The position numbers and the translations under genes were made by a program. A DNA stretch of 64,000 bases from Octopus vulgaris (taxonomy: Eukaryota): assembly GCA_951406725.2 (NCBI GenBank), contig OX597821.1:24304001-24368000 (forward strand). The letters are read 5' to 3'. A model generated the notes under the pieces. That model was not told the DNA's origin. It saw only the letters and a list, made by a program, of their open reading frames with translations, and did no database searches. Of the stretch, positions 12,380 through 25,530 are shown piece by piece. Within the stretch, counting starts at the first letter, position 1. The number at the start of each line of letters is the position of its first letter.

Positions 12380-12789
12380 TTTTTACTACCCACAAGGGGC
12401 TAAACACAGAGGGGACAAACAAGGACAGACACACGGATTAAGTCGACTACATCGACCCCAGTGCGTAACTGGTACTTATTTAATCGACCCCGAGAGGATG
12501 AAAGGCAAAGTCGACCTCGGCGGAATTTGAACTCACAACGTAAAGACAGACGAAATACCTATTTCTTTACTACCCACAAGGGACTAAACACAGAAAGGAC
12601 AAACAAGGACAGACAAACGGATTAAGTCGACTACATCGACCCCAGTGCGTAACTGGTACTTATTTAATCGACCCCGAAAGGATGAAAGGTAAAGTCGACC
12701 TCGGCGGAATTTGAACTCACAACGTAACGGCAGACGAAATACGGCTCATTTCGCCCGGCGTGCTAACGTTTCTGCCAGCTCGCCGCCTT
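12380..12789 (-). mobile_element. SINE family B composite (head-body-tail-body-tail)
   Basis: Same junction sequence as at ~1700. Confidence 0.9.
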
Positions 12790-13296
12790 ATACAAACATG
12801 CACTTATACACTCGCACATACACACACATCTCACACTGCTTTACGTACTACACAGACAGAACCTCACAACATACACACAGACACACAAATACACACAAAT
12901 ACACACACATACTTTATACACTTACAATCTTAAATGACGTGCACAGTTACTGTATCATACACCAGTTATACACGTATACGTTCGCGCCGCTCGTACACTC
13001 ACTCACTCACACATTAAGCAGATAGAGTTAGCTCCCCATTTCCCTTACACACAAAACCTTACACATATACATTATACACATAGTTACAATAATAGCCACA
13101 GAAACAATTAACCACATTCATTATACACTGAAACATAGTCAACCGCAAACACACGCAGACTCACGCACACTCACATATTGAGATACACAAGCTCACAAAA
13201 CAAAACTGGGCAGCGTAGTCAGCCACACACTCAGAGAAGCATACACACGCACACGCGCGCGCGGACACAATCACAATCAGTTACACACATAAGCTG

Positions 13297-13329
<33 letters not shown>

Positions 13330-13488
13330 GTAGAGAGTCAGCCACTTACACACAGACAATCAGCCACACACCGCTTACTATATTATACAGTAAAACACAG
13401 ACACACGCAAACAGCCACACAGATCGAGTTTGCTAGTGAAGTTTTATTTTCTCGTTCCTTTTGTTAAGTTGTGCTCGGTGCTGTAAGG

Positions 13489-13552
13489 ATGTTCCAACTT
13501 CTCTCTATAGCTGCAACATTATTATCTTTCTTCTTAGCTGCTCTTGAATCAG
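13489..13552 (+). CDS. Putative first coding exon encoding a signal peptide (MFQLLSIAATLLSFFLAALES-G), phase-1 donor
   Basis: ATG with a purine at -3 (AGGATG), hydrophobic core, small residues near the end, then CAG|GTAAC donor. Lies in apparently non-repeat sequence. No downstream exon identified. Confidence 0.45.
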
Positions 13553-13794
13553 GTAACATCAAACTCATTATACACATTTTGTTTTTACACTTTTATCTAT
13601 TACACATGTATCACACATATTTCACACTGGATTCATTCAGATTTTTTTTTTGTTACGTGTCTGTAATAGTAACTGATAATTGTTTAAATATTATTGTTGT
13701 ACCGTTTGGCTTACAGTTTGTGTATTTCACATGATAACTAACAATATTATTCAAAAATCATAATTCATCATCTCATCATAATTATAATTATCAT

Positions 13795-13824
13795 GAGGTA
13801 TTATTATTATCATTATTATTATTA

Positions 13825-13903
<79 letters not shown>

Positions 13904-14085
13904 CATTATTATTATTATTGCTCTTTTTTTAAAAAAAATTGTTAGTCTTATTTACACGCAAAACCCTCAAAATAACACACACTCACACATACACAGATAT
14001 TCTCTGTATTGTCTTGTTCTGTCCGTAATGTTTTTCTTAATGTAAACCCGGGTAGTTAATAAATAGATAAATAATAATAATAATG

Positions 14086-14120
<35 letters not shown>

Positions 14121-14146
14121 TATTATTATTATTAGTAGTAGTAGTT

Positions 14147-14201
<55 letters not shown>
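13795..14201. repeat. (ATT)n, (AAT)n and (AGT)n microsatellites
   Basis: Direct inspection. Confidence 0.9.
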
Positions 14202-14202
<1 letters not shown>

Positions 14203-15420
14203 TTGAAAAGAGATATCATTGTTATTGTTGTTTTGTTGTGGTTATCAATATTTCACTAGTATTAATGAAAGGTTTTCCTAAGAATCTCATTACACATGCA
14301 CATTAAATTTATTGTATCTTTGTGTGTGTATTTGTGTGAGTGTGTAATGCGTGTATGTATGTATGTTTATTTGTATTTCATTTTTATTTTATTTTATTTA
14401 GTTTCAGCTCACAAGCTGTGGTCATGTATGAATGTATGTATATATAAACACATACATATACGCGTACATGCAGTTCTATATATAGGTCTATGTCTATCGA
14501 TTTATTTGTCGTTCCGGCTAGTTGTGTGTATATGCAGTGTGTATGCATGCATCATGTATGTTTGTATATATGCATGTATGTATGTATGTATGTATGTATG
14601 TATGTATGTATGTATGTATGTATATGCGGTATATGTATATTGTTTTATTGCATTCTATCTCGTATCTAGTAGATGCATATGCTGTATGTATGCATATATG
14701 TATGTGTGTATGTATGTATGTATGTATGTATGTATGTATGTATGTATGTATGCATATATGTATGTATGTATGTATGCATATATGTATGTATGTATGTATG
14801 TATGTTTGTATGTATGTATATAATGTATGTATGTATACCGGTGTTATGTACACACTTTCACATATATGCATTGTATTGTATTGCCATATTTGTGTCAATG
14901 GAGCCTCTCCCTTCCTTCCCCGCTGGTGAAACCAATGAAACAATTCATTACTATTGGTGAGGTCGAATCACCAGATACCTACTTCCCTCCCTTTTATGTT
15001 ACGAGTTCAAATAACACCGGCGCGATTGCAGCATTCTTGCTGTAAATAATCACGCGAACAACGGCGTCGTCGTCGGTTTTTTCACCTCCAAAGTCAACTC
15101 TAGTTCAGCGCTCCAACCGTGACCAACTTGGCTGCTATTCGGACACATTATTTCGAATGCGTGCTTCGTGTTTGTGATTGATAGAGGCGTGATATTTCTA
15201 ACGAGTCGAGTTGGTCGCATACATCACACCTCTGTTAAGTAGTAGTAGTAGTAGTAGTAGTAGATGATGATGATGATGATGAAGAGGAGGGGGAGGAGGA
15301 GGATGTAGTTCTTAATTTTTGCTTACTTTCTGATCCAGCAGACATTTGATCATATGCGTTCCAGTGGTGACCATTCCGCCTTATATTGTTCCTAGTGTAC
15401 CTAATATTATTTTGTTTAAC

Positions 15421-16025
15421 AGGCGCTGCGAGCTGGCAGAATCGTTAGAACGCTGAGCAAAATGCGTGACAGTATTTCGTCCACCAAGGTCGACTTTGTC
15501 CTTCGGGTTCGATAAAATAAGCACCAGCTGTAATCGACTTATTCTCTCCCGCGAAACTGCTGGCCTTGTGCCAAAATTTTAAGTCAATATTAAACGCGGC
15601 CAGCTGGTAAAATCGTTGACACGCCGGCAAAAATGCTTAACAGAATTTCGTCCGTCTTCACGTTCTGTGTTCAAATTCCGCCGGGAGTCAACTTTGCTTT
15701 ACATCTTTCGAGATCGATAAAATAAGCATCGGTTAAATATAGGGGTCGATGAAGCTGACTTAACCGTCACCTAAAATTGCTGGCTTTGCGCCAAAACTTG
15801 AAACCAGTCTTATCTTGCTTATGCCGGCGAACTGGCCGAACCGTTAAGCACGCCGGGCAAAATGTTTGCTCTGAGTTCAAATTCCGCCAAAGTCGACTTT
15901 GCCTTTCATCCCTTCTAGGTCGATAAAATAAACGCCAGTTGAATACTGGGGTCAGTGTGACCGACTACCCCCAACCCTAACATTGCTGGCCTTGTGCCAA
16001 AATTTGAAACGAATATTATCTTGTT
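15421..16025 (+). mobile_element. Three head-to-tail diverged SINE family B copies
   Basis: Heads at ~15422, ~15595 and ~15824, each followed by GTCGATAAAATAA and GCTGGCCTTGTGCCAAAA tails. Confidence 0.8.
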
Positions 16026-16348
16026 TAATGCGTTATTTTTAAATTGTTTATTTCTGACAGCATCGTGTGATTTGAGGGCGAGGCAAATGCTTTTGTCTGA
16101 GGTTTCTATAGGTTAGTGCGACCACATAAAGGTTATCCGGTTGGTTTGGGTAAAGCTAAAACAAGTGGATCCTGTCGGGCAAACAAATAGCGCATCTTAC
16201 ACAGACGCAGACATACACGCACACACACACACAAAAAGGCACATACGCAAGCACACAGGTGCGCATGCACACAGACACGCGCTCACGCACACGCAGGCAC
16301 ACTTACACGCACGCGCACACGCACACACACATATACACATATACTCTA

Positions 16349-16409
<61 letters not shown>

Positions 16410-16412
<3 letters not shown>

Positions 16413-16783
16413 AAGCACTCCGTCGGTTACGACGACGAGGGTTCCGTTTGATCCGAATCAACGGAACAGCCTGCTCGTGAAATTAACGTGTAAGTGGTTG
16501 AGCACTCCACAGACACGTGTACCCTTAACGTAGTTCTCGGGGATATTCAGCGTGACACAGAGAGTGACAAGGCCGGCCCTTTGAAATACAGGTACAACAG
16601 AAACAGGGAGTAAGAGTGAGAGAAAGTTGTGGTGAAAGAGTACAGCAGGGATCACCACCATCCCCTACCGGAGCCTCGTTGAGCTTTTAGGTGTTTTCGC
16701 TCAATAAACACTCACAACGCCCGATCGAAACCGCGATCCTATGACTGCGAGTCCGCTGCCCTAACCACTGGGCCATTGCGCCT

Positions 16784-16786
<3 letters not shown>
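16410..16786 (-). mobile_element. tRNA-derived SINE, family C (head GGAGGCGCAATGGCCCAGTGG), within (TA)n
   Basis: A-box TGGCCCAGTGG and B-box-like GGTTTCGAT; nearly identical to 20263-20647. Confidence 0.9.
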
Positions 16787-17772
<986 letters not shown>

Positions 17773-18308
17773 ATATATATATATATATATATATATACTA
17801 GCGTAGCAACAGTGTGTGCCGCCTTCAGTTTTCCACCCCCAGGCCTCCACGAAAATACATATTACCTACAGCAGACCCAAAAGTGGTACTCTCCCATAAA
17901 AGTATTGCCCGGGACAGACCACCCCATCTTCGCCCTTTAGCTACGCTATTGTATATATGCTGACCTTGGGGGTCAATCCTAGAAATCGTTACTATTGTGG
18001 AAAAGTGGTTGATTGACTGATATCGTATAGCGGAGCTGGATACGATAGTCTGTTAAACTAAACATATCGGGGGGAAAGAAAGACGTTAGTGCGTTTGTGT
18101 GAAGGGCAAGCAGGTTATTAAGGGTGCCCTGAATATACCCTGTGCAGTTGTTTATTATTACTTCTTTTATTTTCTAACTTTTACTTGTTTCAGTCATTGC
18201 ACTGCGGCCATAACGGGGCACACATACACATACACACACATACGCACACACATACGCACACACATACGCACACACACGACTGAAACAGAAAGAAATCCGT
18301 CGTATATA

Positions 18309-18378
<70 letters not shown>

Positions 18379-18595
18379 CCTGTGTGTGTTTGTGTCTGTG
18401 TTGGTTCCCACCACCGCTTGACAACCAGTGTTGCTGTGTTTACATCCCCGTAACTTAGCGGTTCGGCAAAAGACGTCGATAGAATAGGTGCCAGGTTTAA
18501 AAAAAAACCAGTACTTGGGTCGATTTATTCGACTAAAAAATCTCCAAGGTGATGCCCCAGCATGACCGCAGTTTAATGACAGAAACAAGTAAAAG

Positions 18596-18638
<43 letters not shown>

Positions 18639-18681
18639 TTCCAGTAAATATCGGTGCTTCGTTGTGCCATTTATTTACTTC

Positions 18682-18773
<92 letters not shown>

Positions 18774-19539
18774 CTGTGCAACTGGTTTTGCTTTGCGCCA
18801 AAAACAGAGCACATGGTGCATGTTGAAAGGAAAGTGGATAGGGCATTTACAATAAAAATTAAAATTCAAGCATCAGAACTGTCAATGTTTTATGAAAATT
18901 ATGATTCTGAAGAAGTGACTTTAGACGGAACAAAACGTCTTTTGTTGCACTCACCAACATTAACAATACCACACCATCTCGTGGCCACCGCCACCACCAT
19001 CACCACCACCTATACCCCCACCACCCCACCACTACCACCACTACACTGAGTGGTGAATCTTTAGGTGGGAACACCTAGTGGGGCTATAATTTTTAAGGTA
19101 GAGGTCAGTGTGAGGTCAAGACACTGATACATTTCACTGAGCCTAACCACCTCCAACACCACCACCACCACCACCACCACCACCACCACCACCACCACCA
19201 ATAACAACAACACCACTATCTCCAATACCACCACTGTCTTCAACATCACCACAAAACCACCACCACCAATAACAACAACAACAACACCTACAACAACAAC
19301 AACAACAACAGCAATGTCAGCAGTTACAATAAAAACACTATTGCTACTACTACTGAAACAGTTATTGTCACCAACATCAAAGCAGTCTAGCAATAGCAGG
19401 CAAATCTGCCTCAAATTCCACAAAGATGAGATAGTCACAGCTGATATAATCTTTCGATCAAGGCTGTCTTGGGGCTAAATAACATCACAACAATGCCATC
19501 ATATCTAAAAAACATATGACAGCATAAAGATAGATATAG

Positions 19540-19682
19540 ACGTGGCTGTGTGGGTAAGAAGGTTGCTACCCAACCACATGGTCTTTGGTTCAGTTCCAAG
19601 AGTTTTTCTAGAATAGACTGGGGGTCGACCAAAGCCTTGTGAGTAGATCTTTTAGATGAAAACTGAGAGGCATCAGAGGTGA

Positions 19683-19746
<64 letters not shown>

Positions 19747-19966
19747 ATGCGTGTGTATTTGTATGTGTCCGTTTATGTTGTATTTGTCCTCCAGTACCGT
19801 TTTGACAACCGGTGTTGGTTTATTTACATCCCCATAACTTAACGATTCGACAAATGAAACCATAGAATAAGATTTACATATGCAAAAAAAAAAAAAAAAG
19901 TACTGGGCTTCATTTGTTCCTCTAAATCCAGCACGGCTGTGGTCCAATGACCGAAACAAGTAAAAT
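19540..19966 (+). mobile_element. SINE family A, old diverged copy
   Basis: Recognisable head, internal (TG)n and tail. Confidence 0.8.
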
Positions 19967-20118
19967 ATATAATATATTGTGGATTCAGCTAAGGTTTTGT
20001 TTTCTTAAACTTAGCACAATTATTTGGTCTTAATTATACAAACTTTAATTATTGTGGGAGATGGGCGTGACTGTACATCGGATGAGAGAAAAATGGGAGG
20101 ACGGATTTTCTGACAAAC

Positions 20119-20745
20119 GAGAGTGACGAGTTTTCAGGTGGAGCAAGCAGGAGTGACGAGTGTTCTAGCGAGACAAGTTGGAGTGATGAGTGTTCAGGTG
20201 GAACAGGGTAGACTACCGAGTGCTCAGGTGCAGCAAGCTGGAGTGATGTTCGTTCAGGTAGATGGAAGCACTCCGTCGGTTACGACGACGAGGGTTCCGG
20301 TTGATCCGATCAACGGAACAGCCTGCTCGTGAAATTAACGTGTAAGTGGCTGAGCACTCCACAGACACGTGTACCCTTAACGTAGTTCTCGGGGATATTC
20401 AGCGTGACACAGAGAGTGACAAGGCCGGCCCTTTGAAATACAGGTACAACAGAAACAGGAAGTAAGAGTGAGAGAAAGTTGTGGTGAAAGAGTACAGCAG
20501 GGATCACCACCATCCCCTGCCGGAGCCTTGTGGAGCTTTAGGTGTTTTCGCTCAATAAACACTCACAACGCCCGGTCTGGGAATCGAAACCGCGATCCTA
20601 CGACCGCGAGTCCGCTGCCCTAACCACTGGGCCATTGCGCCTCCACAGTTCAGGTAGAACAAGCTGGACGGACTGACGAGTGTTCAGGTGGAGCATGCTG
20701 AAGCAGGTTTTCAGGTGTAGCGAGCTGGAGTGACGAGTGTTCAAA
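20119..20745 (+). repeat. 30-bp minisatellite (GAGTGACGAGTGTTCAGGTGGAGCAAGCTG) split by a SINE
   Basis: About 5 units before and about 3 after the SINE. Confidence 0.85.
20263..20647 (-). mobile_element. SINE family C, full length with 11-bp TSD
   Basis: GTTCAGGTAGA at 20252-20262 and 20648-20658. Confidence 0.93.
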
Positions 20746-21020
20746 CTCATCAGGATCCAGAGACGATTATGAAAGTGGGTCAGGATTGCGTGGGGATACT
20801 GAGCTGATCCTTTTTATTTTTTGTATGTTTATGTCAATTGCTGTCAATCATCATATTGATTTCAATCTTGAAACCATCTGTGTTTGTTCTATCTCGTAGT
20901 ATTAATGGTTTTCTGCACATACACACACACACACACACACGCACACACGCACACATACACACACACGCACACGCACACGCACACACGCACACACACACAT
21001 ACATACATACATACATACAG

Positions 21021-21098
<78 letters not shown>

Positions 21099-21258
21099 CC
21101 TGCTCGCTTAGTCAGCGGGGTGGCGTCATTCGAAGGCTAAAACAATGCGAACGCATTGTGACCAGCGATGTGTAACAACATCTGATGGTCTGGTCGGTCA
21201 CGTGATCACGTGATATATATATATATATATATATCACGTGATCACGTGACCGACCAGA

Positions 21259-21339
<81 letters not shown>

Positions 21340-21344
21340 TATAG

Positions 21345-21736
21345 AAGTAATATTTGTAGCCACTTTAACGTGGCCGACCGTTCGAGCGGACTCTACTACG
21401 ATTTTTTAACCCCAAGAGGACATTTCTAGCTGGTTGACGATGCACACCTGCATCCGATGGAATTGCGTCCAGGGGAGCGAACACCTACCATCTCCTAGCG
21501 ACGGGACCAGTAGACCAGTCCTGGAGTACTGAGGAGTGGCAGAAATAGCCCGAAACCAGGACTGGTCTACTGGTCCCGTCGTTAGGAGATGGTAGGGGCT
21601 CGCTCCCCTGCTCGCAATCATATCGGATGCAGGTGTGCATCGTTAACCAGCTACAGATGTCCTCTTGGGGGTTAACAAATCGCAACTGAGTCTACTCGAA
21701 CGGACAGCCATGTTAAAATGGTTACGAATATTACTT
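21345..21736 (+). mobile_element. GC-richer fold-back element (~180-nt imperfect arms) with a hammerhead ribozyme at the apex
   Basis: Arms 21345-21524 and 21556-21736 are reverse complements with ~25 differences by manual alignment; flanked by TA/TTTA microsatellites. Confidence 0.85.
21525..21571 (+). ncRNA. Type-I hammerhead ribozyme, canonical core
   Basis: Stem I AGTA/TACT; core CTGAGGA (21529-21535); stem II G(T)GGC-agaaata-GCCC; GAAA (21552-21555); stem III ACCAG-ga-CTGGT; GTC cleavage triplet, predicted cut after 21567. Confidence 0.8.
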
Positions 21737-21783
21737 ATCAGTACAACTACTGCATTGATCACTTAGATTTTAGAACTATATAA

Positions 21784-21867
<84 letters not shown>

Positions 21868-21869
21868 TT

Positions 21870-22086
21870 TTGTGTGTCTGTGTTTGTCCCCCTAGCATTG
21901 CTTGACAACCGATGCTGGTGTGTTTACGTCGCCGTCACCTAGCGGTTCGGCAAAAGAGACCGATAGAATAAGTACTGGGCTTACAAAGAATAAGTCCCGG
22001 GGTCGATTTGCTCGAATAAAGGCGGTGCTCCAGCATAGCCGCAGTCAAATGACTGAAACAAGTAAAAGAGTAAAGAATAAAAAGAA
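21870..22086 (+). mobile_element. SINE family A 3' half
   Basis: Identity to family. Confidence 0.88.
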
Positions 22087-22092
22087 TATATG

Positions 22093-22127
<35 letters not shown>

Positions 22128-22140
22128 GTGCATACATAGG

Positions 22141-22300
22141 GAGAGTTTATGAAAAAAACAAAAGATGAAGACAGGTGGTGTACAAAACAAACAGATGTAT
22201 TAGTATAACGTTCAGGAATAGAAAAAGTCTTTTACGTTTCGAGTCTACGCTCTTCTACACCGAAAAAACAAGGAGAGAAAAAATATATGTAGTGGCTAAC
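22141..22300 (-). mobile_element. Penelope-like pLTR fragment with degenerate HHR-like motif
   Basis: Minus strand GTGTAGA-A-GAGC-gtag-ACTC-GAAACGTA-aaagac...TTCCTGAACGTT, homologous in layout to 43590-43800 and 50160-50326. Confidence 0.6.
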
Positions 22301-22355
22301 GATCTATCATGGTGTCTGCGTATGTACGTATACGTATGTACGTATACGTATGTAC

Positions 22356-22418
<63 letters not shown>

Positions 22419-22476
22419 TACGGAGATGTACTCGCATAGCAAGTAATTTGATCTGAGATCGTGTGCTGAAACGAAA

Positions 22477-22748
22477 ACAATTGCAGCGTGGAAGGTGTTT
22501 ATAAGCCATTTAAGAAACACACAAAAGCCGTTCGATTCACTCCAACATTTAAGTTTAATTTGTCAAAATATTTTCGTCGCTAAAATCCGCCACCTGTTCA
22601 CTGACAAAGTCCGGACTTTGTCAGTGAACAGGTCGCGGATTTTAGCGACGAAAATATTTTGACAAATTAAACTTAAATGTTGGAGTGAATCGAACGGCTT
22701 TTGTGTGTTTCTTAAATGGCTTATAAACACCTTCCACGCTGCAATTGT
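22477..22748. repeat. 272-bp spacerless palindrome centred on AAAGTCC|GGACTTT (22612/22613)
   Basis: Direct comparison; one mismatch seen. The left arm extends further, to ~22415. Confidence 0.95.
22617..22666 (+). ncRNA. Candidate minimal hammerhead ribozyme with G3-C8 core variant (mirror copy on minus strand 22559-22608)
   Basis: Stem I TTTGTCA/TGACAAA; core GTGAACA; stem II GTCGC-ggatttta-GCGAC; GAAA; palindromic stem III AATATT. Confidence 0.55.
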
Positions 22749-22877
22749 ATATATATATATTATGATATGTAAAAAAATACAAACTGTGACAAGAACGCAT
22801 AACACTTAGAAGACGATACAACAAACACAGACAGGACATTCGAAGCCCTCAGTCTTCAGTCAAGAACCGGATCATCG

Positions 22878-22968
<91 letters not shown>

Positions 22969-23609
22969 TACATACACACACGCGCGCACCCACACAGGCA
23001 CACACACATATCCACACACAGAAACACATAGACCTCCTCCCACATATGCGCACAATGCAAATATACCTACGCGCGCACAAATGCAAATATACATACACAT
23101 GCATTCATAATCAGCCACACACACATGTCAAACTCACACTCTTATTCGCGCGCACACAAAGACTACACGGAAACACCTGTTCGGTAATGCACACATACAA
23201 ACATGCACACACACACACACACGCACTTCCTGACATTGACACACCTTTCTAAGTGACCAGATATGTGACACGCATACACAAGACCACTTTTAGTTGACAC
23301 ACGACACGCCTACGAACTACAGATGCTGCCATTAGTCAAGTTGCTCACGCCATGCTCCTCTCCCGTACCCTTGTTTGATGACGTCAAAATTAAATTTGAG
23401 AAAAATAACCCACCTCTTAATGACACTGAGTCAAAAGTAGTCCAGTACCTGAATGAAAAAAAACCGGATGATCATGGGTTTGTTTAATTTGGGCAGACAC
23501 GAAGGATCCTGTTAAATTTCTCTCAACCACTTGACATTTTTCAATATCTTCCCCAGACATATCAGACTACTACATTTTTCAACAATATATATATAAGTAT
23601 GTATGTATG

Positions 23610-23710
<101 letters not shown>

Positions 23711-23896
23711 GACAAAATCAAAGTGGATGACAGATTTTCGTATATCAAGTTCCTTTATCATGGGAATGCAAAATACATAAAAAATTCATCGAGATGTTAA
23801 GGTTTCAAGCGCTCCAAAATTACAATCCAAGAAAAACATTGTCGCAAAACCTTACGATCGTTCGAGGAATACGTTTGTACTGGGCGAGTTTATATA

Positions 23897-25126
23897 TTGG
23901 GTTGGCAACTAAGTTCCCGTAATTTTTTAAAATTTATATTTTTTAAAAGGTTTAATAAAAAACAACAACTAATTAATCAATAATGTATTCACTCTTGTTG
24001 TTTACAACTTTTTCCCAACGTTCAACAAGATTTTCAATACCTTGTTGGTAGAAATCACCCGATTTCGACTTAAAAAATTGATCCAACCAAGCTCTCAGTT
24101 CTGCATCCGTATTGAACGAAACTCCGCGCGTAGCATTTGAAAGAGATCGAAAGAGGGGGAAATCCGTTGGTGCCAAATCAGAAGAGTACAGCGGGTGTGG
24201 CAGCACTTCCCAGCCATGCGTTTAAATGGCTTCCTTGGTCATATTGGTGATATGAGGGCGGGCGTTATCGTGCAGCAGAACTCCATGCTTCCGATTAGGT
24301 CTTTTCTCTTGAATAACCGTGTTGAGTCGTTCCATCTGTTGAACATAGGGTTCTGCATTGACCGCTTGGTTCCGTTCAAGCGATTCGTAATGGATAATCC
24401 ATTCCCAGTCCCACCATACAAACAACATCGTTTTACGCGGATGAAGATCTTGTTTCACGTGCGGTGTCACTTGTTTACCGGGGCTAAGCCATTCCTTACG
24501 CTGCTTCATAATGTACAGGCACTATTTTTCGTCGTCAGTAACGATTCGGTAAAGAAATAATTGCTTGTGTCCATGACTTGAGTGGTGACGGGCGAGCAAA
24601 CCGGAGATTGTGGCTCGTTGATTTTTGTTGTTGTCACTTAAAGCATGCAGAACCCATGCTCAATACTTCTGAACCTTTCCCATCGAGTGAAGATGCTTCT
24701 CTATAGCTGTGTGGGAGCATTCCATTTTCTCTGCCAGTTCCCTTGTCGTTTGAGGAGAATTTTCGTGCAAAAGTTGGTTTAACCGCTCTTCATCGAACTC
24801 AACTGGACAGCCAAAACGAGGTGCGTCTTTGAGGTCAAAATTTCCATTTTTGAACTTGACATACCAATCATGAGCGGTTCTTTCTGCTATGGCACCCGCT
24901 CCATACACAGCACAAATGTCGCGAGCAGCTTTTGCGGCCTTAGAATCTCGAGTAAAAGCAAAAAGAAGGAGGTGTCGAAAATGCTCGTTTTTCTTAACTT
25001 GACATTCCGTTTTAATGATCTGAAAATAAACAAAAATTAACTAAAATTAACAAGAAAAAAACCCGAAAAAAAACAAAATAGATTCCAAAATCTAAAATAA
25101 ACCGCGGGAACTTAGTTGGCAACCCA

Positions 25127-25127
<1 letters not shown>
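23897..25127 (-). mobile_element. Full-length mariner transposon (mellifera-subfamily-like), inactive
   Basis: TIRs TTGGGTTGGCAACTAAGTTCCCG / CGGGAACTTAGTTGGCAACCCAA; TA on both sides; ~1.23 kb. Confidence 0.95.
23973..25010 (-). pseudogene. Mariner DD34D transposase pseudogene
   Basis: Motifs WVLHAL (WVPHEL-like), IVTDDEK, LLHDNARPH and HPLYSSDLAPTDF; start codon reads ACG; several stops and a frameshift. Confidence 0.95.
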
Positions 25128-25195
<68 letters not shown>

Positions 25196-25213
25196 ACACA
25201 TATATATATATAT

Positions 25214-25287
<74 letters not shown>

Positions 25288-25289
<2 letters not shown>

Positions 25290-25530
25290 AGGCGCAATGG
25301 CCAAGTGGTTAGGGCAGCGGACTCGCGGTCGTAGGATCGCGGTTTCGATTCCCAGACCGGGCGTTGTGAGTGTTTATTGAGTGAAAGCGCCTAAACCTCC
25401 ACGAGGCTCCGGCAGGGATGGTGGTGATCCCTGCTGTACTCTTTCACCACAACTTTCTCTCACTCTCTGAGTAACGCTGAATCTCCTCGAGAACTACGTT
25501 ATGGGTACACGTGCCTGTGCGGTGCTCAGC
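25288..25530 (+). mobile_element. SINE family C, internally deleted and diverged, after (TA)n
   Basis: Identity to family head. Confidence 0.85.

Noticed and set aside
20570-20647. tRNA gene
   Set aside because: tRNA-like A/B boxes are the head of a multi-copy SINE with a TSD; the same applies to families A and B
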